A stretch of 64,000 bases of DNA. Source: Haliotis rufescens. Lineage: Eukaryota. The notes under the pieces were generated by a model. That model searched no databases. It saw only the letters and a list, made by a program, of their open reading frames with translations, and had not been told where the DNA came from. Below are positions 50,480 to 63,069 of the stretch, in pieces. Position numbers and translations under genes: made by a program. The stretch is taken from NCBI RefSeq assembly GCF_023055435.1, contig NW_025964112.1:5084001-5148000 (forward strand). Reading direction: 5' to 3'. Within the stretch, counting starts at the first letter, position 1; each line of letters begins with the position of its first letter.

Positions 50480-52329
50480 TTGTTATCCAACTCTATGGAT
50501 TATTTAAAAGAACCATGGACAACATGAACATTGTTGTCATGAGTGCTGTGTCACATGACCAATGAGACTGAAACACCTAAAACAAACTTACGTGATCAGG
50601 TGTGTAATGAACACAGGTCATAATATCACGAAACGCTATATATTATAAATGATTATATTTTTACAAAGACAGGTGACATCAGACAAGTTTCTCTGTACAG
50701 CTTCAGATGTATGGGATATTGTTCCTTTATGTGGATACCTGCAGATGCACTCCTTAACCAAGGCAACTGCCTTATATTATACATATAACTCTTACTGGTT
50801 GCAATTAAGTTATTTGCAATTAGTTTTCATTCATGTGCTTTAGCAAAAACCGGGAGGCCTCAACAGCGACTGATCAAATTGTTCTATACGTGAAACATAT
50901 CCGGCAACAGCAATCAGTTGTTCCATATTGTGTAATTATTTTGTGAATTTTTTCTTTCAAGTCATACATGCTTTAAAAAACAACAAAAAACATAGCGGTT
51001 TGACTGTGTATCTTTATTGTATACTTTTGTTATGTTATATTTCTCATTCTTTGATCCTGCAACAGGTGTCACTGCGCTGCTAGAATAGCGCTACCACCGA
51101 CCACAAGTCAAACTAGTTGAAATTATAGTCCATAATAAGTAAATTTTGAATCTGCGAAGGAAAAAGCCCATCCATATTTCAATACATTCAAACTTGGAGT
51201 GTTGTTTCCCTTTAAGTAAGTCATGGCCTGATCAAAACTTTCTCTTATTTTTTCACATACATAAATAGAAAACAGGGATGACTGAAATGTTAAAATAGGG
51301 ATTGACTGAATCACGTGACTGATCATCTATTCAGCTGAGAATTTAACACAATATTGCGTAATGTCTATCACAATGGTAATGAGATTTCCCCCTATAATGT
51401 CCTATAACTTGACTTAATGTCAAGCAACATTACCACTGAAATTGATGGAATTGTCCAAGCTCCTCAACCATTGCAATAGCCCTTATCATAGAAATCAGCA
51501 GAAATTTCAACTTTGATTTATCTCGGGGAGTCATTGTCCCACACACCATCATCCATTTTAAACTTAGAAGGATGGATAACCCCCCACAGTCTTCAATCAT
51601 ATTTAAACTTAAAAGAGCCCTTGTTCAAAATACAAGTTTTACCAGACTAAAACCACAAAAAATGAAAGGATTCACAAAAATTGCCACATTATTGAATGAA
51701 AAAGTTGCTTGTTACACCACATCAATTCTTTTGCAAATCAGCCGCTGCGTTGGTAGTGTTTGATCTTCGAATCAAATGTGTGACAGACAGTGGAGGGTTT
51801 GGCATATCCTTGCTGTCAACATCAGTGAAGCTGTCAGTCTCGTTGTATTACTTTCACACATTGTGTCACAACACTGTAACACATCAAACAAACACCATCA
51901 TTGATTTTTAAGGTGATGAAATGGGAGGAATGTGAATGTCAGTCTTTGAAGGAAGAGCGTTACAATCGCGTAATTGAATTGTAATTACTGCTGTCATGAT
52001 GTCAGCCCTGGTTTTACGCTATCAGTCTTTCCGTCAGCGGAGCTGCAGATCTGGTTCCACGGGGCCAGTACCGTAGCTTTCCAGAGTCATTATAGGAATG
52101 TGCAGCATCACAGCTAAAATGTTAGATAATACAAAATCATGATTTAGAGGAGAGCAAGATTCACAGGATTTGTCAGTCTGAAAAATTAAATCAGATACAT
52201 CAAACTATTTGCATGGCGCCACTGTTTTTTATCATCTGTGCAAAGGTTTCATTGTCTGTTTATTTTAAAAGAGTTCACAAGAATTTAAATGTTATGAAAG
52301 ACAAAGTGCTGGAAGGACGACAGTCAGCC

Positions 52330-52931
52330 CATCCATACTGCTCCCCTTCTCGGGGAACCATCCATACTGCTCCCCTTCTGGGGGTACCATCCACACTGCT
52401 CCCCTTCTGGGGGAACCATCCATACTGCTCCCCTTCTGGGGGTACCATCCACACTGCTCCCCTTCTGGGGTTACCATCCACACTGCTCCCCTTCTGGGGG
52501 TACCATCCACACTGCTCCCCTTCTGGGGGAACCATCCACACTGCTCCCCTTATGGGGGAACCATCCACACTTCTCCCCTTCTGGGGGTACCATCCACACT
52601 GTTTCCCTTCTGGGTGTACCATCCACACTGCTCCCCTTCTGGGGGTACCATCCACACTGTTCCCCTTCTGGGGGTACCATCCACACTGTTCCCCTTGTGG
52701 GGGTACCATCCACACTGCTCCCCTTCTGGGGGTACTATCCACACTGTTCCCCTTCTGGGGGTTCCATCCACACTGCTCCCCTTCCAGGTGTACCATCAAC
52801 ACTGCTCCCCTTCTGGGGGTACCATCCACACTGCTCCCCTTCTGGGGGTAATGTCCACACTGCTCCCCTTCTGGGGGTTACATACAACCTGCTCCCCTTC
52901 TGGAGGCACCATCCACACTGCTCCCCTTCTG
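52330..52931. repeat. 29-bp minisatellite, about 21 copies
   Basis: Unit ccatccacactgctccccttctgggggta. Confidence 0.97.
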
Positions 52932-53973
52932 GTGACCCAAACCAGTGTGGAACCAAGCCAGCCGCATGGACTCCACGGGATTACCCAGCCTGCTGTCCAG
53001 ATAACCGGCCAGCCAGCCGAGAGTACAGCCATGGCATTGCTACCGTTACCCACGGACTACAAGCCACACGGACAGATTATACCAGAGTCATGGTCACCCT
53101 ATGGGGTAGACACTGAGAGCTATGATTATCCACCCCAATGGAAGATACCCAAGGCAACTTGGGGGTGGAATCAGAGGTTTGGAGGAGATTGACAACTCAC
53201 CCCAATGAGATTACAAAGGCTACACTTATTTGGAACTTATCGAAGAGCTTTACCACCTTATACCACTTCGGCCACATGTGACAGAGGATTCACCACCCCA
53301 GATGCTGGAATACGGGGGATGTCATGCGCCTGCTCTATCTCAGCATAATCATCAGACGTTACCTTGGCCCAGCTATGTGGGCAAGGTCGTAGAACAATCG
53401 ACTTAAGCACGATGAACTGCCACCTCTTTCACCTATGAAACGGAAGTTATACAAGATGCAAGTGCACAATGCTACACTTCCAGCATTCCCAACTTTCTAA
53501 AAGTTGGTGCTCAATCCCGGACACGAACGTTACAGGGCATATATTCCCTTGGTCCAGTTGTCTACCGTCCCGGGTGGGAGATCCGACAGCAGCATCAGAA
53601 GGTAAGTACACCCTTGATTATTCTGCTTATAGGTGTAGGATGGATTAGAAGCACCTTAAATGTCAACTATCACCATTAACGCTAAGTGACATTACCAAAA
53701 GGGGAAGTGACATTCCGGAAGTGATGTCATGACTGGAAGGGACATAATAACCGGTATTAAAAGTCACAAACCCAGGTTTATTATGATCAAGATCAGCAAA
53801 TATAGTGGTAAATCTAGTGCAAATATCACATATTTGACTGATTGGGGGAATTTCAGAGGAAATTATCTCAGTAGGATGAGAATCAGTACATAATATGTTT
53901 CCAGAAGAGATTACTGTCAATTACACAGGGAGTTACTAGAGGCAGATCCCACCGGGTCCCTCTGGTATATTCT

Positions 53974-54328
53974 GGCAGATATGTAATAGAGGTAGAAGTT
54001 TCATAAGAATTATTGAACAAAAGTTTATCATTGTTTATAATTTTAAGAATACTACCTCTATAACATACAAATTACTCCCTCCCCACCTCCCAAATTTATC
54101 TACCTCAAGTAGTAGATGAGGGGAAAAAGTGAAGTTACCGCCATTATGAAGTCATGGCTTTGGTGGTTACGAGGCTACTTGCCGACCAATATTTGTGTGT
54201 GTAATTGACAGTGAAGAGGACGCCTGTTGAAAATCTGAATATTTTAGTTAGTGTGATTGAAGCCGAAATACAGGATTAATGGCAGATATGTAATAGAGGT
54301 TGTATTCTTAGAATTATTAACAATGATA
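53974..54328 (+). mobile_element. DIRS1-like retrotransposon terminus (ICR plus terminal repeat)
   Basis: X / inverted X / X arrangement of (ggcaga)tatgtaatagaggt.gtattctta.aattat; the inverted copy is followed by ctccctccccacctccc. Confidence 0.55.
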
Positions 54329-54579
54329 CACTATTGTTTCATTTTTCACAAATAAATACAAGGTCTTTGGTTCACACTTCTGCACTCACTCACTGTTGTT
54401 AAGACTGACTGACAGCGGTCAACTGTCACCCAGGCCTGGTGTGTATATCGTATTTGTTTATTATTTATATCCACTTGATAAGTTTGGTAGCTCTTGCAAT
54501 TGGCTGAACTGGCTCTTAGCACCACTCCATCCAGGTCACATTATCCACATTCTACATCTTGGCGAGATGGACAGTGAAG

Positions 54580-55085
54580 CACCCCCACCGCCTCAGATGA
54601 TGACATAATAATGGCAGTACCAGATTGTTCTTGTTTTACATGAAATTCCACCGCATTGCCTGCTTCCAGCAAAGGAATGAGGAGAAGATGTTGGATATGC
54701 TGTGTTACTGTCTCATGGGGAAGGCAGCTCACTTCTTCAAATTGTTGCTGGAGAGGGATGAGTATATCAGCTTCCAGGGAATGGTCAACAAACTTGAAAG
54801 GTGTTTTGGGAGATGGCCTACAGCAAAGTCTGCCCAGCTGAACCTTCACCAGGCCTCAGATGAGTTATTGGAAGAATGGGCAGAGTGGTCCTCCAAGTAG
54901 CAATTGTAGCCTTCACAGATTTGCCAGAAGACTTCATGGAGCATCAAGCGGTGCAGAGATTCTGTCAAGGATGCGCTAACAAAGAAGCTGCCAACCATGT
55001 CTCCAACTTGGGTCTGAGAACAATGGAACAAGCAATTGATGCAGTCCAGATGTACAAGCAGAACACCCAAGCAGTCTAAGGCAGA
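54580..55085 (+). pseudogene. Gypsy-type LTR retrotransposon gag relic
   Basis: FYMKF...LCYCLMGKAAHFF...LERCFG...AQ....E.LEEWA / RVLQVA..AF.DLP......AVQRFCQGC.NKEA...TMEQAID; frameshifted. Confidence 0.7.
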
Positions 55086-55369
55086 TCAACAATCCAACAG
55101 GAGGTGAAGCAGCTGCATTTAGGGGAATATTTCATTGCTCAGCTGGAGACTAGACACTGAACTAAACGGACAATCCCACAGAATCATACCACTTCATCGA
55201 TCTCCCCTTAAGCAAGCTTACGATGAAAGGTAAGCAATCCTTTCCATATCACTAGGCTTTCACAACAATCTCATTGGCTTATGAGCAGTCTGTGACATCA
55301 TGAAACATCAGCAGAGTAATGAGGTAAAGGAATGCACTAAAGAACTGTCCCTTGTCTGGATGGCCTTGT

Positions 55370-55674
55370 GAGCGCTCAAGATTATTACATTTATATAGTC
55401 ACGTGTATACACGTGTGTGTGGCTGCTTGTACTAGTTCAGACTGATGATGATTTTATAATGCTAGCCCACTGAGATGCCATGCCACTGTTTAACATGAAT
55501 ACCCCACTCAGACACCGTATACTGACTCCAAGCTGACCAGTCCTTGTTTAAGCCCCTTAATGCCGAGTGCCAGGCAGGGTAACAACAAGTACCATATTTT
55601 AACATCTTATGGTATGATGAGGCCAGGTATCGATCCCCGGTAGGGAATGCTCTACATCAAGACCACAGAGGTGG
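55370..55674 (-). mobile_element. SINE-A
   Basis: Body and head match 61306. Confidence 0.88.
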
Positions 55675-55683
55675 TCAATGACA

Positions 55684-56117
55684 TGGAAGATCCATAGGTT
55701 GGATGAGGGCAGGTTCTCGTTACGTGTCACAGATAGGCATATACGAGTCAGTCCCCTTAGTGTAGGGTCAGTCATGATGTGGGCAAAGTGGAGTTCGACA
55801 CTGTACAGGGGCATCTGATGGATGATATTTACATGTGGCAAATCCTCAATTTGATTGCTGAACCAAATTTTGATGGCAGCTCCATACTTCAGTCATGTAC
55901 AATTTTAGTCATTAATACACACAATGAAATACCCACCAATATTATCAATTCCACTTCCTTTGTCAATTACAAAAGCACAAGAAAACATGACATTTAATAT
56001 TTACTCTTTCAGGAAACAGCACATTTCGGGTTTCTATGCCATAGATTTGGGGCGAGGGCATGGATTTTCAAAGCTCTTGGCAAAAATTGCAGGGGCGCTT
56101 AACTTTTTTTCTAGGTG
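55684..56117 (+). pseudogene. Second, internally deleted Tc1 relic with right end
   Basis: WKIHRLDEGRFSLRVTDRHIRV (compare WSDESRF...DGR.RV), GSVMMWA, VQGHL....Y..QIL; ends gcttaactttttttctaggtg-ta. Confidence 0.65.
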
Positions 56118-56681
56118 TATAGTTGAGCTTTACTGATTTGACACATTTTGTTGACCTGTATGTTCTTCTCCAGACCGACAACCCTATTAGAACAAAACCC
56201 AACGACCATATCATTTGGAAGAAGTCTGCCAGAGTAAACAATTGCTGTCTCAATTCCAACATTATCTGGTCAGTTCCGTCTTCTGTTCTGCCCAGGACTG
56301 TAATCCCACCACTAAAACAAATAACTGATTACTTTCTCCCTCTGCCATAACTGTTTCAGTAAAACAACATCTATTGTTCTCATTCCCAGCAAAATGAATA
56401 ATAAAGTTGTCTCATAATATTTTCCAAATAGCACCAAAAACCAACAGGCACTGACAATCGCCAAGCTGACGTAATTGGCCATTGTAAACAACGATATACC
56501 CCCGGTAGGTCATCTGACCTGGCACTAGTGGTTTCCCATGGCTTTGCTGACTGGTTTGGTACAACAGGGCCCTATGACCAAGCCAACCCATTGCAACAAC
56601 AAATGCATACTAAATACATCTGACAACAGAAGTTTACATCCCCTGAACAATTCTACATTGTTAAACAACTTTGCTATTGCC

Positions 56682-56920
56682 GACCCGTAAAGATCCCGGT
56701 AGAGAATAGGTCTTCAGCAATCCATGCTTGTCATAAGAGGTGAGTAACGGGATTGAGGTTCACTGACTTGGTTGATGCATGTCATCATATCCCAATTGCA
56801 TAGATCGATGCTCATATATCAATCACTAGATTGTCTGGTCCACACTTGATTGTTTACAGACAGCAGTCATAAATGGAATATTGCTGAAGGCAGCATTGAA
56901 CAACAAAAAAGCAAACAAAG
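56682..56920 (+). mobile_element. SINE-B, full length, lacking the 22-nt duplication
   Basis: Starts gacccgtaaagatcc, ends ggaatattgctgaa...aacaacaaa. Confidence 0.88.
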
Positions 56921-57514
56921 ATTGATTCGGGGGCATCAGTGCTTTTCTCAATAGCTGGCAATAAAATAACTTTTCCCGATAATCATAACTGAAAAAGATC
57001 AACAGAGTATGCATGCAAAGGATATAAATCGTTGTTTAAATTGTCATTTATTTCTTGGTTAGAAATTGTCTTGGGTTTCCTCAGCAATACACATTTGTCA
57101 TCATGATTCAAGTTAATCCATTACGCAACCGACACAAGGAATAACTGAATTGGATCTTCAGGCAAGCCAAGGATCATTCATCAGATACAGACTATCTACA
57201 GAAGCAGGCCGGTTGTAACAAAGTCCTGTTCCACTACGTCAGATTTGAGAGGACAAATGCCTGCTTCTAACAGATTATTCTCAACACAGCAGAAAATAAT
57301 GTCTCTAATTCTCTTGCACAGACAGCTTCCAGATGGCAGGTGAATAACGTTCCTGTACATTGGTCTGTATGCAGCACTCGAAATGACAACAAGTTTCCAT
57401 ATTTGAATGATGTATTTTTTTGTTTCTATGAGTTATGTTTAGTTAGTACCACTTAAATATGATGTATAAAGATTGTGGACAGCACACAGTGGTGGAATGT
57501 TGTATGGAGCAATA

Positions 57515-58545
57515 CCGTATTTTCTTGAGTAAAGTGAACACTTTTTTCCCCAAAAAACACAGCTGTGAAGAAGGGGGTGCGCATTATACACGCCATAATG
57601 AGTTTTGATGGGGCTTTTTCCCCCAATGCAAAAACATTACCGTGAGCACATAACACCGGAAATACCATGTCAACAAATCGATACTGAAATACACAAATTG
57701 ATCGTGTCTGGTTAAAAAAGTGTTCTTTGTATATCTGGACTAATGTTTGTAACTTATTTCATAAATTTTATTCAAAATTCCTTTTTATATTGTCTTAATT
57801 AATTTTGGCGAAATCGTGTGTGAAGCGATCGGAAGATTACTGCTATTGATGCCTTGAAACAAACTTTAGTTGACAGAGAATAGATACATATAGTGCCATA
57901 CTTTGACTCGTTAAGTCATATTTGTTATAGTGTGACGATTCTATGTCAACACGTAGTTCTCGCGATCACCTGCGCGGGAGCCTTGACGGTGAATGGTCAA
58001 ATTGTTCCATGTGAAAAAAAATAACCGGCAATGCCGATCAGCTGCTAAGCTTAGGGTTATTATTATTTTAAATATATTCAGTAAAAGCTGCATCTAAATT
58101 AACAAGATATAGGAATAAATTAGTTTCAGATACAATCTTTGCCAATCGTTGCATTAAAATCCTGTAAAGTTAAACCATTGGGTGAGTCTTGACCGAATCA
58201 CCGGTAGGTTCCAAGAAAACGTGTGTACAGCTGATTGCTGTTTCTGGCTTAGTTTATGAGAAAATACACAAGGTAATCTTAATCCCTGGATATAAAACAA
58301 TGCCTAGCAGAACAAAAAATACAATTTAAACAGTAAATAAACATGTCTGGTGATTTTTTATCTCAAATTTCAAACTTGTACTGACAAAGTTTTTTATCAC
58401 CCGTTCGTTTACCGGATTTTGCTGGAGGGGTACGGTGTAATTTTTTCCTGTGCATAATATTCGAATTGTTTTTTTCCAAATACTGAATTCGGTAGAAGGG
58501 GGTGCGCATTACACTTGGGTGTGCACTATACCCAAGAAAATACGG
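57515..58545. mobile_element. pogo/Tigger-like non-autonomous DNA transposon, about 1.03 kb
   Basis: TIRs ccgtattttcttgagtaaagtgaacac and gtgtgcactatacccaagaaaatacgg, TA flanks; subterminal gaagggggtgcgcatta near both ends. Confidence 0.88.
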
Positions 58546-58607
58546 TATATAGCTTGTTGGGCTAACAGAAAAGCAAGAGTGATGGCTGCATAGCAATATC
58601 CTCTCTT

Positions 58608-58836
58608 TCTTTGTTTGTTGTGAGCAATATTCCAGCTATATCACAGCAGTCTGTAAATAATCGAGTCTGGGTCAGACAATCCAGTTATTGATATAATGAG
58701 CATCTATGTACACAATTGGGATACGACGACATGCATCAACAAAGTCAGTGAACCTGACCACCCGATCCTGTTAGTCGCCTCTTATAGCAAGCATGGGTTG
58801 CTGAAGACCTATTCTCAACTGGTATCTTCATGGGTC
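58608..58836 (-). mobile_element. SINE-B, full length, lacking the 22-nt duplication
   Basis: Ends ...atcttcatgggtc. Confidence 0.88.
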
Positions 58837-60442
58837 GGCCAAATGTGGAAATCAAACCCACGTTGGTCACGTTGGTCATCCATAACCTGCAAGAAGACTC
58901 ATCCCCCTATCAATGACTGTCACGTGCAAAAACATGACAAACCAATCAGAATGCGCATATGACTTCAAGTACTTCCGTCAAAGAATCCCTCAAGAATAAT
59001 GTTTGATTTTACATATGTCTTGCATTTAAAAATATACCTAAGATACAGTTAAATGTGTTCAGTCAGTTAAATGTGTTCAGTCATATTGTTAAATACTCTA
59101 AGTCCCTATGTGTTTTCAATAACATCTGGAACATATTCGATATCTGGGAGAAATATTATTCGTGAATCTTTACGCAATGAGATGACAATTCGTTTAGCTA
59201 TGCCCGTTTGCGCTAAGACAGAACCCAGTCAAAAAAATGGCCATGAGGGGGGCACGAGTCGCTATTCGACTTGTCCCGGAATAACACGAGTTGGTCATGA
59301 ATGTCACGCTGGTGTGATGAGTCATTCTTAACCACGAGGCTACACCTGAACATGGAAACATTCACACAAAACGGAGCCAATTAAGTATTGGCGGCATGTA
59401 CTGATACGTAAAGAAAGCTCAGTATGGTAACAGTGAGAAAGGTAAAGTGAATGAACGTGGCAAAACCATTTCCACGATCACAAGTAAAGAAATCTCAGAG
59501 TTAATTGTGTGATCCTGATAATATCCCAATAGATACATCACAACTATATGCTATAGCATTGCAGCCAACTAGATTGTACATGAGATGCATCAACATGTGA
59601 CGTTATTTACAGAAAACTTTACATGTTTCTGATTCTGTGGTCAAAGCTACAAGTTGAAAAGCTTTCGAAACTTCGGATATAAGAACTTCTATGTGGATCA
59701 TATATTTTTTCAATGTTTTTCAAGAAATATATTTACAGGTTTACATGACTATTTGCACACTAGGTTACGAAAGTTCAAAATTCCAGATACTGGAAATAAA
59801 CAAATATTTCCTTACAAATATTTTGTAACCAACACCAAGATAAATTCTAACATTTGGCATTTCATTTCTACGGATCACTTTTGTTATGTTCAGACATTAA
59901 TTGGGTTTGGTCATAATATTTCCAGCATTGATATTTCACATGTTCAATAATATGTGGCTGCCCACATTGAGGCATCATATGGAATGGGATGACATTTGAA
60001 TCATATTGCATAAGTGACAATAGGAGACAACAGCTGGCCATACTTTAACAGCTAGGCCTGGATAGTATTTAATCATTTCAATCTTTAAAATCATATGTCA
60101 GGTATGTCTTTTCAATAACCATCTTTCTTTGAACAGTTTAGACAGTTGAAACCTTAAAGTTTGCAGAACATAGGAGGTTCTGTTTGGTGATAAAGTAACT
60201 GTTAGATTGTCATCCCTACCTGTCTCATAACAAAACAGCCCCCAACATCCATTGATTGACCCAAAGTACCTTCAGTGAAAAATGTGTGCTTACTTCTTTC
60301 TTTATTTGATTCAGCTCACATACAAATAGTTCCAACAAATATTTATGCTTCATGTGAATCACAGAGTCGGTAGTTGATGTCCACACATGCCTTGAACAGT
60401 TTATTTATGAAATAGAATATAAAAAACAGAATGCCTACTGAA

Positions 60443-60888
60443 AAATGGAGGAAAATGTAATAATTTATTGAAGCCTTATTCTAAATTCATTCACAGTTCA
60501 CATACACCTTTTTCCATTCATATGGTGTTCTTTTCTTGATTCCTTATGCAGAGTTACGTCCCTTGGGCAAGCCAGAAACCTATGATGGAGGAAAAATGGA
60601 GGAAAATGTAATAATTTATTGCAGCCTCATTCTAAATTCATTCACAGTTCACATACACCTTTTTCCATTCATATGGTGTTCTTTTCTTGATTCCTTATGC
60701 AGAGTTACGTCCCTTGGGCAAGCCAGAAACCTATGATGGAGGAAAAATGGAGGAAAATGTAATAATTTATTGCAGCCTCATTCTAAATTTATTCACAGTT
60801 CACATACACCTTTTTCCATTCATATGGTGTTCTTTTCTTGATGCCTTATGCAGAGTTACGTCCCTTGGGCAAGCCAGAAACCTATGAT
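60443..60888. repeat. 151-bp tandem triplication including the start of a truncated SINE-D
   Basis: Near-identical ORFs at 60536 and 60687; each unit ends gcagagttacgtcccttgggcaagccagaaacctatgat. Confidence 0.95.
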
Positions 60889-61038
60889 CATGGGTTGGAA
60901 TCTGGTTCGTCATGTTTCACTGAAGGGATATACATTTAAGACCTGCATCATTTCGGGCTTTCCTCTTACATTACACTGACATATCGTGATATAACTGGAA
61001 TACTGTTCAAAGTGGCATTAACCATCACTCACTCACTC
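60849..61038 (+). mobile_element. 5'-truncated SINE-D
   Basis: gccagaaacctatgat...gacctgcatcatttcgggctttcctc...ctggaatactgtt...actcactc. Confidence 0.8.
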
Positions 61039-61099
61039 TTTGCGATCCCTTACTGTACTACTAACGAAAACTACCTGTGTGGCATTATGAACAGAGATG

Positions 61100-61295
61100 G
61101 TCGGTGGTTTCATTCCCTGTCTGTGTCATTCCAAAAGATGTTAACAGATGTTATTTGTTGTTCCTCTGCCTGGTGTTTGGCATTGGTCAGCTTGGAGGCA
61201 GTTTGTGTTTGAGAGAGTTGAACTATATACATTGGGCAAACACTACATAAATCCAGACAAGTATCAGCAGCCACACACACATGCATGCATGTCTC
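61100..61295 (+). mobile_element. Decayed SINE-A
   Basis: gtgtcattccaaaagatgttaacagatg...cagcagccacacacacatgcatgcatgtc. Confidence 0.65.
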
Positions 61296-61305
61296 TGGAT
61301 AACAA

Positions 61306-61655
61306 GGTGAGGTGAGGTGAAATTGGGTTAACGTCGCGTCCAAGATTATTGCACTTATATAGCGACGTGCATGCACGTGTTTGCGTGGCTGCTTGTACTA
61401 GTCCGGACTGATGCCGATTTATAGTGCTAGCTCACTGAGATACCATGCCGCAGTTTAACATGAATACCCCACTCAGACACAGTATACTGACTCCGAGCCG
61501 ACCAGTCCTTGTTTTAGCCCCTTTATGCCGAGCGCCAGACAGGGTAACAACAAGTACCATCTTTTAGCGTCTTTTGGTATGACGCGGCCGGGGATCGAAC
61601 CCCGGACCTTCCGCTCTCCGGGCGGATGCTCCACCACAAGACCACGGAGGCGGCC
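61306..61655 (-). mobile_element. SINE-A, full length, well preserved
   Basis: Head ccgcctccgtggtcttgtggtggagcatccgcccggagagcggaaggtccgggttcgatcccc; (TCACC)n tail. Confidence 0.92.
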
Positions 61656-63069
61656 TAGAGATATTAGATTGCAAAGGGAATACAAGGGCTAAGAAGGGAA
61701 AGAAATAACAGAAGTTTAAAAAAACAGACATAATCAGGGAATCCAACCACCAATCATAGGGTTCTGGCATGCCCAAGGGATGTCTCAGCACAGCGAAATA
61801 CGGCGCCTCAGATTACTGGACCATCCAAGCTCTGGATCACAAAGACAAAAACAAATGTTGGACCATGATGAATTCTTCTATTTGTTCATCCCAAAAGTTG
61901 CTATCTTCGTGATGTAATGATCAGACTCTTATGACCTTCATGTTAATGCATTGCTCAAAACAGTTCAGGAAATATATGTAAGTATATGAGGCACACCTCA
62001 AACCGAGGGAATGACTTTCTGGTTCTATTTTTATTCACATTCATGTTTTGTTAATCTAACATGTAAACTACCGTAACATTGCTCCGCCATCAATTTGGTC
62101 ATACTAATCTTCCAAACCAATAATCAACCTGACGTGTCTTTGCAACTCCTGCAATGTTACCCGCTTGAAGCAGACTGCATGGCTGTTTCCAACGCTTGTT
62201 TACCACTGTGTGTACTGAGTTGATATGGCCTCACACTTACCCAGTTACACACTACACACCATGAAAGTTGCCACTCCTTCATACTGTGTTGCAGCAAGCA
62301 AAATAAACATTTCATTTCTTAACCTAACTTCTGTACAGGTTTAATCAGGTGTATTACAAGTTGAGAGATTTATGTGCAGATATTCAGATAAGTAAGTTAT
62401 TTATTAACGTGCTGGGTTCCAGACCATAACTGTACACAATTATGTGAACATGTTGACTATTTGTACCAATTGATTCTAAAGGCATCAACAACAGGTTAAT
62501 GTTATCTAAATAACTGACTTGAGTGAAAATCATGAATCATATATTGGACAACAATTTCTGTTAATTGGATTCCACACCCTGACAATCTAAGCAGGTCCTT
62601 TTTAAAGGTAAAGTTTTCAAGGTACAATATTGCAACTCAAGTTTGGACAAATGAAAATGATAAAATAACTGAAGGAATTCTATTTGACAATGTTGGTATT
62701 ATTCATTGCTCTGTAAATAAAACACAATTCTAACTGGTTCATTTTTGTTAACCATTATTATTTTGACCTGGTACGGCTTGGTTTTGATACATTTCTCTTA
62801 AAAGGTTGAAAGATTGCAGATTGTTTGGCAGTAGTTGTGAGCCATCACAAACTTTAGACATTAAACAGACATCCTGAACCTGAATATAATACATATATTT
62901 TATATGCCTTTTACCAAAGCTTATGTGCATCTTTATTCCTTGGTGGTGGAGAAGCCTTGAAGCTGGCATGGCTATACAAAAATAAAGAGACGATCATAAA
63001 GAGCAAATCCAGGCACACGACTTTGTACATTGTGACACATGTTAGTTGCAATCCAATTTAGAAATGTGA

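Noticed and set aside
52213-53192. Pro/Gly/His-rich ORFs
   Set aside because: Translations of the 29-bp array on both strands.
62339-62391. 53-nt plus-strand exon candidate (tgtacag|...|gtaagt)
   Set aside because: Splice-like motifs are expected by chance in 64 kb; no homology or partner exons.
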